Of a stretch of 64,000 bases of DNA, positions 31,532-42,632 are shown piece by piece; within the stretch, counting starts at the first letter, position 1; every line of letters starts with the position of its first letter. Location: assembly GCA_019058275.1 (NCBI GenBank), contig JAHLVW010000103.1:32001-96000 (forward strand). The letters are read 5' to 3'. This stretch comes from Candidatus Heimdallarchaeota archaeon (GTDB lineage Archaea; Asgardarchaeota; Heimdallarchaeia; JABLTI01). The notes beneath the pieces are model-generated. The model saw only the letters and a list, made by a program, of their open reading frames with translations, searched no databases and was not told the DNA's origin. The position numbers and the translations under genes are program-made.

Positions 31532-32398
31532 GTGTCCTTTTTGCAAGTTACTATTATTAATGTCTATAATGATATTGTTCCAGAAGGTTCTGAATTTATT
31601 GCAGATCATGGAGTAGCATTCTATATTGAAACACCAGAAAAAACAATTCTTTTTGATACGGGAGCTAAGGGTAATATTCTACTTCATAATATGAAAGCTC
31701 TTGATCTTGATCCTGATGCTATCGAAACAATCGTCCTTTCGCATGGCCACTGGGATCATTCCGGAGGGATAATAGGTTTACTGAAAGAGAGAACTAAAGA
31801 TACTCCCATAACTGTAATTGCCCATCCAACAATAATGGAACTAAAGGGAATTGTTAGAAAAAAGGATAATAAAAATATTTTATATGAGTTTCCAAAAATA
31901 CCACAATCACTACAAAAAAGAATTATTTTCAAATATACAAAAGAACCAGTTTCCATAACAGAAAAACTAGCTACTTTAGGTGAAATGCGCAACCGTCCTC
32001 ATAAAGATGGAACAGAACCACGATTAATACATGAAGTTAATGGAAAAATAGAGAATGATTCAATGATGGATGACCTATCACTTGTGCTAGAAACGAAGAA
32101 TGGTTTAGTTTTAATTTGTGGCTGTTGTCATGCTGGGTTGTTAAACACATTATCTCGAGTAAGTGCTTTATATGAAAACAAGAACATCCACACAATAATA
32201 GGTGGAACACATATGCTACGATTTAATCACGAGGAAGTAGATTTTGTAGCAGAAAATCTGAAAAAGCATTATGGATGTCCTAAGCTTTTCCTTAACCACT
32301 GTACTGGGATTAATACAACCGATCACCTACTAACTCATTTCAATAATGAAATTGTTAACACATGCTTAGTAGGAAAGAAGTTTACCTTTGAATGTTAA
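31532..32398 (+). CDS. MBL-fold metallo-hydrolase
   Basis: HG, FDTG, SHGHWDHSGG, GCCHAG, GGTH, HCTG. Confidence 0.9.
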   Translation: MSFLQVTIINVYNDIVPEGSEFIADHGVAFYIETPEKTILFDTGAKGNILLHNMKALDLDPDAIETIVLSHGHWDHSGGIIGLLKERTKDTPITVIAHPTIMELKGIVRKKDNKNILYEFPKIPQSLQKRIIFKYTKEPVSITEKLATLGEMRNRPHKDGTEPRLIHEVNGKIENDSMMDDLSLVLETKNGLVLICGCCHAGLLNTLSRVSALYENKNIHTIIGGTHMLRFNHEEVDFVAENLKKHYGCPKLFLNHCTGINTTDHLLTHFNNEIVNTCLVGKKFTFEC

Positions 32399-32410
32399 GC
32401 TTTAGAGAAT

Positions 32411-33070
32411 TTATTTTCCCTTTTTCAAAATCTTAAACCAATCAGGATATTCAGGTATACCTTTTTGTTCGAAGTTGTAATCCCAGATAATGAAACAATC
32501 TTTTTTCTCTTTAAGCTGCTCAAAACCTACATCTTCAAAGATTCTCTTAATTGCTTCATTTCTATCTGTTTGGATATACTTTCCTTGTGCAGGTCGAGAA
32601 ACGATAGGGTAATCCATAGTAACATAATTAGCATTAAAGTGCTTTCTTACTTCACTAATTGCAGTCTCAAGACGACTTCTAATTTCTGTTAATTGTTGTT
32701 CTTGCATATCGAAAGTTGATTAGCTTTTTTGAATGTCTCCAATATAGCTTCTAATGTTCTGAGCATCACTAATAACTATAACATCTGGTTTAAAGGAATA
32801 AATACCACCTTTAAGATCAGTTAATGCTAAGAAGGGATCTGATGATTCACCATTATCAAAGGTATGATAACAAATTGCACCATTAGCTTCCAAGAATTCT
32901 TTCACAAAAGATAGCTCACAACCACCTACAAAACCAATCTTGAGAACCTTAAGAAATTCTTGTTCATCATCTGTAAGTTTTGTTGCAATATTGATTGGAC
33001 GAGATGCTTTCTTCGTTTCCTCAGTTAAACATATAAAGACTGTTTTTCTATATTTCCTATCTGTGAGCAT
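32411..33070 (-). pseudogene. Protein resembling an FkbH-type N-terminal domain, in-frame TAA at 32720-32722
   Basis: LKIGFVGGC..FKPDVIVIS; QKS*STFDMQEQ continues in frame; family call is weak. Confidence 0.45.
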
Positions 33071-33111
33071 ACGTCAAAATATTTTGAATAGTCTCCCTTT
33101 AGCCAATGTTT

Positions 33112-34017
33112 CTAAAACCACCAATCTGCATGAATTAATATTTGGACAACATCACCTTTTTTGGCTTTATCAAGTTCTTCAAATAAATGATGACCATATC
33201 GTCTTGTGAAATCATATCCTCCTGCATCTGAGAGATACATATCACGTTTCATATCATATGCTGAATAGACATTTAATTCCTTTTGATTTAACAATGACCA
33301 GATATCTCGATTTTTATATTTATCTCCATGTGCAGCAACAACTGCAATTGGAACGATTTCTCTTAGTTCAGCTAACTCTTGAGTAAACAGTTGAATTGCT
33401 TGCTCTTTGTTACCTTTCGTTTGAGCTAACACCTCATAGTGATATCCAATCTCATAACCTTCAGCGTTCAATTGTTTAATAAGAGGTAGAGCTTTTTCAA
33501 AAGAGTATTTTTCGGAATGAAGTCTAATCATTGAAGTTGATTTTATACCCTTTTCCTTCTCTATTTCAATCATTTTAGAAAATCTTCTCAAAGAAAGATC
33601 GATATCATGTCTAATGAAAACATTGACCATTTCTGGATTAATCTTTTTATGAACAAAATAATCAGATAGGATTTTCACTGAATATTTATCATCTTTCAAT
33701 TTGTCAAGAAATTCAACATAAACCTTCAGTCTATATCCCTTAATCCATTTAATGCTTAAATAAACTAACAATATGGCTATAAGCATTCCAAATACTAAAG
33801 GAAAAATCCAACCCAGAAAATCCAACCATAAAATTGTGCATGTAATTATTGCTATATAACCTACAACAGCAAGTAAAGGATAAAATGGTAGTAAATCGAA
33901 AAGAATTGTAGCATATCTTTTAGTTTTCCAAATTGAGAAGAAAGAAAATAACCAAAGAACCACTGATAGACAGATAATTATAAGGTAGATTATCCAAATA
34001 TCCATGTTTCTTTCCAA
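33112..34017 (-). CDS. Membrane-anchored polysaccharide deacetylase-like protein
   Basis: Three N-terminal TMs; RHDID, EIGYHYE, AHG, LSDAGG, QILIH..WW. Confidence 0.78.
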   Translation of the reverse strand: MERNMDIWIIYLIIICLSVVLWLFSFFSIWKTKRYATILFDLLPFYPLLAVVGYIAIITCTILWLDFLGWIFPLVFGMLIAILLVYLSIKWIKGYRLKVYVEFLDKLKDDKYSVKILSDYFVHKKINPEMVNVFIRHDIDLSLRRFSKMIEIEKEKGIKSTSMIRLHSEKYSFEKALPLIKQLNAEGYEIGYHYEVLAQTKGNKEQAIQLFTQELAELREIVPIAVVAAHGDKYKNRDIWSLLNQKELNVYSAYDMKRDMYLSDAGGYDFTRRYGHHLFEELDKAKKGDVVQILIHADWWF

Positions 34018-34194
34018 CCTAGAATTCTTTTGACTAATTTTCTATGTTTGTTCTTAAAATTCATATCATATATTTGTTTTACCTTAATAGAGTCATTATT
34101 ACAATATAGAAAGCAAAGGTAAAATATCAACTACAACCTATTTTTATATATGTTCTCAGAAAATACTTGGCCAATACAAAAAGGTAGAAATGGC

Positions 34195-34716
34195 TTGCTT
34201 GTTTGACGATTAAATAAAATTCTTGCCATTATCCAAGATAGAATTCAAATTATACCTGGGGAAAATAGAGAGATACCATTTGTTTGGAGTGTAATGAACA
34301 TGTATTCGACAATGCAATTAGCAAAACTAATAGCTCTAAAGAGAGGATTAGATCCAGAATTAGCTGCTTTAACATGTGCGTTTCATGACATCTTTACACT
34401 ACAAACAGGAAATCATACTGATCATGGAATTAAAGCTGAGAAAATTATAAGGGAAATTATTGAAGAATATAATAAAAAACATCAAGAGAGTCTACCAGTA
34501 ATAACTGAAAAGGAGATTTCTTTAATCATAAAAACCGTTGCAATACACAGTGATATAACAACAACAACAGAGAATCCCTATGAAGAACTACTAAAAGATG
34601 TTGATAGTATAGATAGTTTTCTACACTGAATGATACCCGGAAGAACATCTGGTAGAATTCCAAGAGCAAATGGAATACTAGAAGCGCTAAACATAAAATT
34701 CGAAGTTATAAAATAA
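34195..34716 (+). pseudogene. HD-domain protein with in-frame TGA at 34204 and 34627
   Basis: FHDI, DHG, AIHSD, LKDVD; reading frame extends on both sides of ORF 34294-34629 across TGA codons. Confidence 0.75.
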
Positions 34717-34789
34717 TAAATAAACTAACTTTACTATTTATATCATAAGTAACATATTCCTAATGAGAATAGGATAGGAGATTCATTTC

Positions 34790-36115
34790 TTGAAGAAGAA
34801 AAGAACACTATTTAGCTTTTTGGTATTGAGCTTACTTGCTCTGCCAGTCATCACAAACTTTGAACCTGAAACTGAATCTTACCCCAGTGCATATCCAGGA
34901 GGTTTACATTCATTCTTGATTTGGGATGCACTAATGTTACTATATTATGATAGCATCAATGGCTCTTCCTATTATGATATTTGTAGAGATGAGATTGTTG
35001 ATTTTTCGACTAAATACTATGATGACATGTATCGAGCTCAAGATGATTATGATGCCAATCTACTATTACAATGGGGTCATTACTGGGATCCATATGATAG
35101 AGAGGGTTTTTCAGGCAATGTTGGTGCTCCCCAGCATGCTCAAGATTATTTTGAAGAAGCAGTGAAATATTATCTTGGACAAGATGGTTACACTGTGGAT
35201 AAAAATGAAGCCTATTATAACTTAGGTTATGCCATCCATCTTATGCAAGACCTAACAGTTCCACATCATGCTCAAAATAATCCCTTAGGTAAACACACTG
35301 ACTATGAAACATTTTGCTTCAGTCAATATGTTTATAGGAATTTTACCAAACCTCAAAACGGAATTTACACCCCTCCAAGAGATTGGAATGGACGAGTAAA
35401 TGCAAAAGGGTGGGTGCATGAAGCAGCGAAAATTAGTGCTCGATATCACAGAACAATAGAAAATAATCACTATGATTTTGATACTTGGTTGGAAATTTCC
35501 CAAATATTAATGGAAAAAGCAATTCAATTTACTGCTGGATTCATCTTTCATTTTTGGCAATTAGTTCAAAATATTGATTTTGATAATGATACACTTACAG
35601 CAGACGTTGAAAATCAATATAGTATAGATTATACAAATAACGACACTGATGGAGACAAAATTACCGATCCAGAAGAGATTGTTGTAGGAGCTGATGGTTA
35701 CATAACAAATCCTCGTAAAGTAGACTCAGATGGAGATAGTTATGATGACTATTCAGAAATATATATTCATCATACTGATCCGACGGATCCTCTAGATAGT
35801 ATCTTTTACAGCGTTCCTCACTTTTGTCCTTATTTTAGAGCTTTAAGTGATGGTATTTACCGTCTTACATTTAGTTGGAGTCAACCCAATAATTTTCTAG
35901 ATGGTTGGTACTTCAAAGTCTTTGTATTGAATGGAAATACTGAATCATATATTTACATGGGCTCTGTTCGAACCTTTGACTATAATCCTCCTGATGCATC
36001 GACATTCTATTCTTACCGTTTATATTGTTATAAAACAGCAGATAACAGGGGAATATACTCTCAATGGTCTTGTGATATATTTTATGGAAATGCAGAAGAG
36101 AGGGTTCCAGGTTAG
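34790..36115 (+). CDS. Secreted zinc-dependent phospholipase C/P1-nuclease fold protein with Ca-binding DxDGD repeats and FN3-like tail
   Basis: Signal peptide; HYWDP, LGYAIHLMQDLTVPHH, HTDYE; DTDGDKITDPEE, DSDGDSYDDYSE. Confidence 0.85.
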   Translation: MKKKRTLFSFLVLSLLALPVITNFEPETESYPSAYPGGLHSFLIWDALMLLYYDSINGSSYYDICRDEIVDFSTKYYDDMYRAQDDYDANLLLQWGHYWDPYDREGFSGNVGAPQHAQDYFEEAVKYYLGQDGYTVDKNEAYYNLGYAIHLMQDLTVPHHAQNNPLGKHTDYETFCFSQYVYRNFTKPQNGIYTPPRDWNGRVNAKGWVHEAAKISARYHRTIENNHYDFDTWLEISQILMEKAIQFTAGFIFHFWQLVQNIDFDNDTLTADVENQYSIDYTNNDTDGDKITDPEEIVVGADGYITNPRKVDSDGDSYDDYSEIYIHHTDPTDPLDSIFYSVPHFCPYFRALSDGIYRLTFSWSQPNNFLDGWYFKVFVLNGNTESYIYMGSVRTFDYNPPDASTFYSYRLYCYKTADNRGIYSQWSCDIFYGNAEERVPG

Positions 36116-36185
36116 AAGTAGCTTTATTCGAGTTATTTCTTGATTTAACATTTATTTTATAATTTAGAAGAGCTTAGAAAATCTT

Positions 36186-36944
36186 ATGACCAAAAAGGAA
36201 ACTATCCAATTCTATCAAGAATTATCAACTAATGCTTGGCCACCAAAAAGTAGCATCCTATTGAGTGGTTGGATATTAAGAATATCTGAAGGGATTACAA
36301 AAAGGGCTAATAGTGTTCTTCCTTTATCCTATTTTGGTGAAAATCTCTTAGTAGATATTGAGCAGGTTGAGAAGCTCTTTCAAGAGACTGACTTACCAAT
36401 TATCTTTCAGCTCTCTGATTATTTTGAACCAAAGAACTTACTGGAACAGCTTCTCGAGTTAAACTATGAAATAATTGATGAATCATTACTGATGATAGCT
36501 GAGATTGAGAAGATTAATGAAATTTCGTTAAATAAATCGTTTCTATATAGTCATATTATAGAGGAATCTACATCATGGTTTGATGCTTATAGTATGTTAA
36601 CCAAATGTTCACCTGAACGAATGATAGGTAATAAAGCAATAATTGATAGAATTAAGTTTCCAAAAGGGTTTTTCTTTGCAAAACACAATGATCAAATTGT
36701 AGGTATAGCATTAGCTGTAATCGAACGTGAGAATATTGGATCATATGATATGATAGTTCATTCTGATTATCGACGACAAGAGATTGCGCAATCACTAATC
36801 AAGAAAATTTTTGATTGGGGGAAGGAACTGTATGTAAAAGGAGCTTACCTACAAGTACAAGGTGATAATTCCGGAGCAATTTCCCTTTATAAAAAAGTTG
36901 GCTACAAAGAATGCTATCGCTACCGTTATCTCATTAAAAGATAG
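36186..36944 (+). CDS. GNAT N-acetyltransferase
   Basis: AWP..GW.LR..G.TKRANS; YRRQ.IA; YLQV..N.GA..LY.K.GY. Confidence 0.88.
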   Translation: MTKKETIQFYQELSTNAWPPKSSILLSGWILRISEGITKRANSVLPLSYFGENLLVDIEQVEKLFQETDLPIIFQLSDYFEPKNLLEQLLELNYEIIDESLLMIAEIEKINEISLNKSFLYSHIIEESTSWFDAYSMLTKCSPERMIGNKAIIDRIKFPKGFFFAKHNDQIVGIALAVIERENIGSYDMIVHSDYRRQEIAQSLIKKIFDWGKELYVKGAYLQVQGDNSGAISLYKKVGYKECYRYRYLIKR

Positions 36945-37023
36945 GAAAAGATTATGTATCTACATCTATTTTGATATTATAGGAATATAATAACTAAAAA
37001 AACTAATTCAAAGTGCTTTCCAA

Positions 37024-37383
37024 ATGAATGATGTTAAGGATTATTATGTTCAATTAGGTGTGGCACACCGAATTCCTATAGCATTCGAAAGATTCTGTGA
37101 CAAGACTTATTCTCTTGAAAAATTGTTTCCAGAAGGAATTGATGACTCATCTGAGGATTACAAAATAAAAGTAGTTTTTAATGTTCTAAACGAACAGAAA
37201 GAAAAAGTTGCTACTTTTCAACCTGATGGGAAATATGAATATTTTAGTGATTCCTTTAAGCCAATTTTCGATAAAATTGTAGAAGAACTTGGATATGCAG
37301 CTTATCGTGCTCTAAAAGCTCAAGAAGAACTTGATAAGAAAATCTTAGAAAGATTTGATGATGATTTATATCTTGATGGTTGA
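37024..37383 (+). CDS. Hypothetical protein
   Basis: 119-aa acidic ORF. Confidence 0.6.
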   Translation: MNDVKDYYVQLGVAHRIPIAFERFCDKTYSLEKLFPEGIDDSSEDYKIKVVFNVLNEQKEKVATFQPDGKYEYFSDSFKPIFDKIVEELGYAAYRALKAQEELDKKILERFDDDLYLDG

Positions 37384-37437
37384 CAAATTTTTTTTAATAT
37401 CTTATCTAAACACTAAGACCACGAATTATGTTTTTAT

Positions 37438-38388
37438 ATGTGGTTATCCAATAATTGGTTAATTGCTATCTATGAGTCATTCAAAGACTCTGTATCTATA
37501 ACAACTATAACAGTGATGAAAATGAGTAAGGTAACTATTTTAATAGATGGGGGTAGTGGTCTCACAAACGAGATCATTAAGAAATATAATATCACTATCA
37601 TTCCCTATAGAATTATTTTTGGTGATGATATCTACTATACCTTTGGGAATGATAATACGACAATTACTAGAGATGCATTTTATAAAAGATTAGCTAATTG
37701 TAGCAAAGATGATTTGCCACATACTTCTGTTCCTTCACCAGGACACTTTCATAAAGGTTATACAAAAGCATTAGAAAAATCTGATTCTGTGTTAGCTATT
37801 TTACTTTCAAAAGAACAGTCTGGAACAGTAGAAAGTGCTCAAAGAGTAAAGGATAACCAGTTTCCTGACAAGGACATAACTATTTTCGATTCAAATCAAA
37901 TCATGTCTGGAATTGGCGTTCAAGCTTTGCATGCAGCAAAATTAGATCATGAAGGAAAAAGCAAAGAGGAAATAATCTCTAGTTTGAAAGAGTTGAGACC
38001 AAAAGTTCGAACTATTTTTGTATTTCAGAATCTACAATACTTGTACTTACAAGGAAGAATTGGTCATGCAAAGAAGCTTATGGCTACAGCATTAAACATG
38101 AATCCTGTTTTACATGTTAATAATGGAGTGATTGATCCTTTAGGTGTGTTGACTAAGGGCAAGCTTTTAAATCAATTGAAAAAATATGCTGTTAAAGCTG
38201 TAGCAAATACTGAAACAGAAGACCTGTTTTTCTGGCATACAAGAAATGATGAGATTGCTCATGAAATCTATGAAGCAATGAAGAATGCAAACACAAAGGG
38301 AATAAATATCCACTTTCAAGAAGCAAGCCCATTACCTGCTGTGTATGGAGGTCCAAATGCATTATCGATTTCTTACATTGGAGATTAG
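37438..38388 (+). CDS. DegV/FakB fatty-acid-binding protein (true start probably near 37516-37522)
   Basis: PHTSVPSP, LSKEQSGT, FDS, L.QGRIG, V.GGP. Confidence 0.88.
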   Translation: MWLSNNWLIAIYESFKDSVSITTITVMKMSKVTILIDGGSGLTNEIIKKYNITIIPYRIIFGDDIYYTFGNDNTTITRDAFYKRLANCSKDDLPHTSVPSPGHFHKGYTKALEKSDSVLAILLSKEQSGTVESAQRVKDNQFPDKDITIFDSNQIMSGIGVQALHAAKLDHEGKSKEEIISSLKELRPKVRTIFVFQNLQYLYLQGRIGHAKKLMATALNMNPVLHVNNGVIDPLGVLTKGKLLNQLKKYAVKAVANTETEDLFFWHTRNDEIAHEIYEAMKNANTKGINIHFQEASPLPAVYGGPNALSISYIGD

Positions 38389-38421
38389 GATAAAAGCTGG
38401 CTAATGAATTCATAATTGAAA

Positions 38422-38447
38422 TGGAATTCCTTCAACTAGGAATTCCA
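38422..38447 (+). terminator. Hairpin plus T-tract after DegV
   Basis: TGGAATTCCT-6nt-AGGAATTCCA followed by a T7 run. Confidence 0.5.
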
Positions 38448-38581
38448 GCTAATATTTTTTCACTAAAAAGCTCAAAAAACGCTTCTCTGCATAAAGAGAA
38501 AGTATTATCAATTGTAAAATCAGAGGGAGTATTCGAATAGCTATAAAGGGGTTATATTATAATTCCTTTTTAGTTCTTTAA

Positions 38582-39406
38582 TTGAAGATGGTTTATATGT
38601 CAGAATCAAATAGCAATGATCTTACTATTCATGAAATCACAATTACAAAAGACATTACATTATCCTATTACTTTTCCAAAGGAACAACTGATTTCACCAT
38701 AGTATTGATACATGGTTTAGGTGCAACTAAAGAAGATTTCTTATCAATTTTTAATTATGAGGAGTTAAGTACTTATAATATTCTCTTTGCTGATCTTGTT
38801 GGTTATGGTAATTCAACCAAACCATCAGATTTTTCCTATAAGATGGATGATCAAGCTGAAATACTATACGAGTTATTGAAGAAACTCAAGATTGAGGGAG
38901 AAATAGTCATCCTTGCTCATTCGATGGGTGGACCAATCAGCATTGAATTAGCTAATCTTTTAGGGGATCGAGTTGCTGGAATGATTTATGCTGAAGGTAA
39001 CCTTGATGAAGGAGATTGCTTCTTTTCAAAACAAATCGTTACTCGTTATACATTAGATGAATGGATCAGTAATGGATTTAATGAGATTTTAACTAAGCTT
39101 CAGGAAGATCCTGCATCCACAAGTTATGCGGAATCTTTTGCTAAAGCTGAAGTACATGCTATCTACAAATCTTCTGAAGATCTATATCAAATATCGATTG
39201 CTAATTTACTCGAGAAGAAATTAAAGCAATTGTCAGTACCTGTATTAGCAATTTTTGGTGAGAAAAATAAAGGACGATTTTCATCAGAAAGTAAGTTAGC
39301 TGCCGAATTTCCTGTATGTTATATATCTGAAGCAGAACATGCTATGATGTATGATAATCCAGATGACTTTTATCAAGCAATCATTGATTTTTTAAAACAA
39401 TTCTGA
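38582..39406 (+). CDS. Alpha/beta hydrolase
   Basis: IHGLG, DLVGYGNS, AHSMGG, EHAMM. Confidence 0.9.
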   Translation: MKMVYMSESNSNDLTIHEITITKDITLSYYFSKGTTDFTIVLIHGLGATKEDFLSIFNYEELSTYNILFADLVGYGNSTKPSDFSYKMDDQAEILYELLKKLKIEGEIVILAHSMGGPISIELANLLGDRVAGMIYAEGNLDEGDCFFSKQIVTRYTLDEWISNGFNEILTKLQEDPASTSYAESFAKAEVHAIYKSSEDLYQISIANLLEKKLKQLSVPVLAIFGEKNKGRFSSESKLAAEFPVCYISEAEHAMMYDNPDDFYQAIIDFLKQF

Positions 39407-39573
39407 AAAATAACCATATAATCTAGTAAATCCCTCCGCAAGTATTGGTGATTTCTGAAGGTCTGACCCATCGACAAAATCAGTGTGATGAGAACTTTAA
39501 AAATGAAACGTAGAACTGTAAGAATTGCAATTTCACAATTCTAATTCAAGGGATTGAATTTGCAAATCTTAAA

Positions 39574-39591
39574 TATGGTACTTGTACCATA
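39574..39591. promoter_or_regulatory. Perfect palindrome adjoining a TATA-like box upstream of a response regulator
   Basis: TATGGTAC-TT-GTACCATA; TTAAATA at 39569-39575. Confidence 0.5.
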
Positions 39592-39676
39592 AGTTAATTG
39601 GGTTGAAATTAGAGATAACCAGCTCCGAGGTTAAAAAATTCACTCAACTTAAGACAGAGGGCAAAGTTGAATTAAA

Positions 39677-40060
39677 ATGGCTACAAAAGAAGCTAAAAAA
39701 TTAAAAATAATGATAGTCGAAGATGATCCACTAATTAGACAACTCTATGAAGAAATTCTTAACCAGAAGGGTTATCGAGTAATTTGTGTTGCATCAGATG
39801 GAGAAAAAGCAATCGAATTATATCATGAACTACCAGAAAAACCTGATCTAATTATTCTTGATTTTCGTATGCCAAAGAAAAATGGTGCTGAGGTTTCGCA
39901 AGAGATTCTTGCATATAACTCAACGACTAATATTTTAATGATAAGTGGTGATCCACTTTTTGACAGAAAAGCTGTTATTAGTCGAGGAGTTAATGTCATG
40001 CAAAAACCAGTGAACATAACTCAATTACTAAATGAAATAAGTGCTATTGGTGGTTATTAG
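39677..40060 (+). CDS. Stand-alone response regulator receiver domain
   Basis: IVEDD, LD.RMP..NG, ISG, KPV. Confidence 0.93.
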   Translation: MATKEAKKLKIMIVEDDPLIRQLYEEILNQKGYRVICVASDGEKAIELYHELPEKPDLIILDFRMPKKNGAEVSQEILAYNSTTNILMISGDPLFDRKAVISRGVNVMQKPVNITQLLNEISAIGGY

Positions 40061-40125
40061 GGAATTTAACTTGTGGATTGTTTTATTGGTGCAAAAGATA
40101 ATAGGGATAAAAGAAGGCTAGTAGG

Positions 40126-40617
40126 TTATGAACTAGCTTTATCAATAATATTCTTAGTCCATGTTTTAGCTTTCTGAACATATGACTCAGTGTCATTTTT
40201 TAAGGGTTCAATGAATTTCACATCACCAAGAATCTCATTACCTTCGAGGTGTTTTTTCATTTCTTCAATAATTGAATCACAACTGCCAGCACAACAACAG
40301 AATAATCCTATCTTTTTATTTTTGATTTTGGCTGATTTTAAGAATGCTCGTGTTGCAGGATTTAAATTCCAAGCCCATACAGGAGTTCCAATAAAAATCA
40401 AATCGTAATCATCTATGCTGATATCACTTTGTTTTAATTTCGGAACTCTTTTGGTCATCGATTCAAATCCTCCCCTAAAATATAACATAAAACCTTTTGA
40501 CTTGATGTCTTTCTCTCTCTGGATTTCAAAAATATCTGCTTTAGCTTCATCTGCTATTTTTTCAGCCATATATTTAGTATTACCTGTTTTTGAATAATAA
40601 ATCACAAGTGTTTTCAT
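40126..40617 (-). CDS. Flavodoxin family protein
   Basis: YYSKTGNT, IGTPVW; start at MKTLV. Confidence 0.9.
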   Translation of the reverse strand: MKTLVIYYSKTGNTKYMAEKIADEAKADIFEIQREKDIKSKGFMLYFRGGFESMTKRVPKLKQSDISIDDYDLIFIGTPVWAWNLNPATRAFLKSAKIKNKKIGLFCCCAGSCDSIIEEMKKHLEGNEILGDVKFIEPLKNDTESYVQKAKTWTKNIIDKASS

Positions 40618-40743
40618 TTTTGACTGCCACTTTTGTTTTAAACCTATTTGGAAAATCATAGAATATAAATTATAACTTCGGAAATTTTTATTATTGAATT
40701 TACTATTCTTTTCTAACTAATATAGAAAATTGGAGAATATATA

Positions 40744-41055
40744 GTGCATGGTATAGATAGTGTTTTCTTGGAATTACCCTGGACGAATCATGCATTTGAC
40801 ATTGTGAAAAATGGACTTGGAAGACAATTGATATTCCAATATATGAGTCAATTCCTTGTCTGGGCTTTAACTAAAAGAACAATAGATGAAATAGAACAGC
40901 TGGTTGAAGAACAAAATCTGAAAGATGTTTTCTCAAAAGAGAAACTGCGACTTCTAACAGAGATTAAGAAAGGTAAATCAAATGAGGATTTAAAACAAAT
41001 TTTTATTAACATAGCAGAACTTTCAACAAAATATCAATCTGGAAAGAAATTATGA
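40744..41055 (+). pseudogene. C-terminal remnant of an alpha/beta hydrolase paralog of 41140-42609
   Basis: SVFLELPWTNHAFD..SQFLVWALTK..SKEK matches SVMLDLPWANHGFD..SQFLVWVLTK..SKEK. Confidence 0.85.
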
Positions 41056-41139
41056 AATCTACTCATCAATAGAATTAGTGTTAAAGTTAATATTTACAAA
41101 ATTGCAAAGTATAGAAGAGAGCAAGTAGGGATAAAATCA

Positions 41140-42609
41140 ATGGATATGTTGGCATTAAGTTTCCTAATAGTAGCTTCTGTTTTTTTCCTCGTCTTTGTAC
41201 TCATTTCTGCTACTTTTATTGGACTTTGGTTGTCAGAGATTGGCTTATGGGTTTCTTGGATACCAATCTTTCTAGTAATTGCTTCAGTATATTTCCTAAT
41301 TAGAGATTATCTAGTTCCATTTGATATTCTAAGTGTTGTTTTCATAGGAATTAGTATAGGATTAAACATCTTCACGACACTGAGATTATTTGTTCCTTTT
41401 GTTGAGGTTTATGCCACAAATAACTATCTAAAAAAAGCAATGGAAAACAGTCTAGGAAAAGATTACTTAGAATACGTTGATCCATTTATTAGCTCACGTT
41501 TCTCAAAAAATGTTAGATTCCGGTTATCTCACTATTTTATTGGTGTAAGAACTAAAGCATTGGAAAAAAGGGTTGGAACAATAAAGGACGTTGTTTATAA
41601 AAAAGAAGACAACCAACAATTGAAGTTAAACATCCATTATCCAAAACGTAATGGCAAGTTTTCAACATTAATTTTCATACATGGGGGTGGATTTGTCATT
41701 GGTTCTAAGGATAATCCTAAAAGTGATAGGATTTGCAAATTATTAGCTAATTATGGTTACGTTGTTTTTAATGTCGATTATCGCTTAGCACCATTAAGCT
41801 TTATCAAGAAAGAAACCTCCCTAATTGAGGATCTGATAATTTGCGATATGGTTTCAGATATTAGAGCTTCAATAGTTTTCGCAAGTAAAAATACAGAAAC
41901 TTATAATGGTATTCCAGAAGAATTGTTCTTGTTTGGCAGATCAGCTGGGGGACATCTTGCTCTCATAACAGCATTTAGTTGCTTAGGGAAATTCTTCGAA
42001 TTGAAGGATTCTGATGGGTCAATTAAGGAGCATGAAATTCTTGGAGTAGTTGCTTTTTATCCTATAACTAATTTCACTAAACTTTATGACTACTATGGTA
42101 AACAAAATCTATTGAAGTATCTGTTGTATAAGGGAGCAGGTGGAACGCCAGAAGAATTTCAGTATCTATATCAAGTATTTTCACCAATCTCCTATTTATC
42201 TGAGATAAATTGTAAAGAAATACCTCCCGTTTTTCTAGCAACTGGTGAGAAGGATAAATTGGTTGCACCTGAACAATCAAAGTTACTATATTCCAAATTA
42301 CAAACATTGGGAGTTGAGAGCGTTATGCTAGATTTACCATGGGCTAATCATGGTTTTGATACTGTGCTAAATGGTCCCGGAGGACAATTGGCTCTAAAGT
42401 ACCTTTCTCAATTCTTGGTTTGGGTTCTCACAAAATACAAACTAAGAAAGATAGAAGAACTAGCAAAGAAGAGAGGATTAGGGAATATAGTATCAAAAGA
42501 AAAATATCGAATGTTGCATAAGCTAAAGAAACAAAATTTTGATAAAGAACAAGATATGAATCAGTTTCTACCATTTATCGAGTACTTTTATGAAGAAACT
42601 GATGAATAG
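41140..42609 (+). CDS. Membrane-anchored esterase/lipase (HSL-like alpha/beta hydrolase)
   Basis: Three N-terminal TMs, HGGGF, DYRLAP, GRSAGGHL, NHGFD. Confidence 0.9.
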   Translation: MDMLALSFLIVASVFFLVFVLISATFIGLWLSEIGLWVSWIPIFLVIASVYFLIRDYLVPFDILSVVFIGISIGLNIFTTLRLFVPFVEVYATNNYLKKAMENSLGKDYLEYVDPFISSRFSKNVRFRLSHYFIGVRTKALEKRVGTIKDVVYKKEDNQQLKLNIHYPKRNGKFSTLIFIHGGGFVIGSKDNPKSDRICKLLANYGYVVFNVDYRLAPLSFIKKETSLIEDLIICDMVSDIRASIVFASKNTETYNGIPEELFLFGRSAGGHLALITAFSCLGKFFELKDSDGSIKEHEILGVVAFYPITNFTKLYDYYGKQNLLKYLLYKGAGGTPEEFQYLYQVFSPISYLSEINCKEIPPVFLATGEKDKLVAPEQSKLLYSKLQTLGVESVMLDLPWANHGFDTVLNGPGGQLALKYLSQFLVWVLTKYKLRKIEELAKKRGLGNIVSKEKYRMLHKLKKQNFDKEQDMNQFLPFIEYFYEETDE

Positions 42610-42632
42610 TAAATCATCGGTGGGAAAATCAT

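Noticed and set aside
39430-39520. C/D-box sRNA (GTGATGA and CTGA present)
   Set aside because: The CTGA boxes precede the C box and no downstream D box was found
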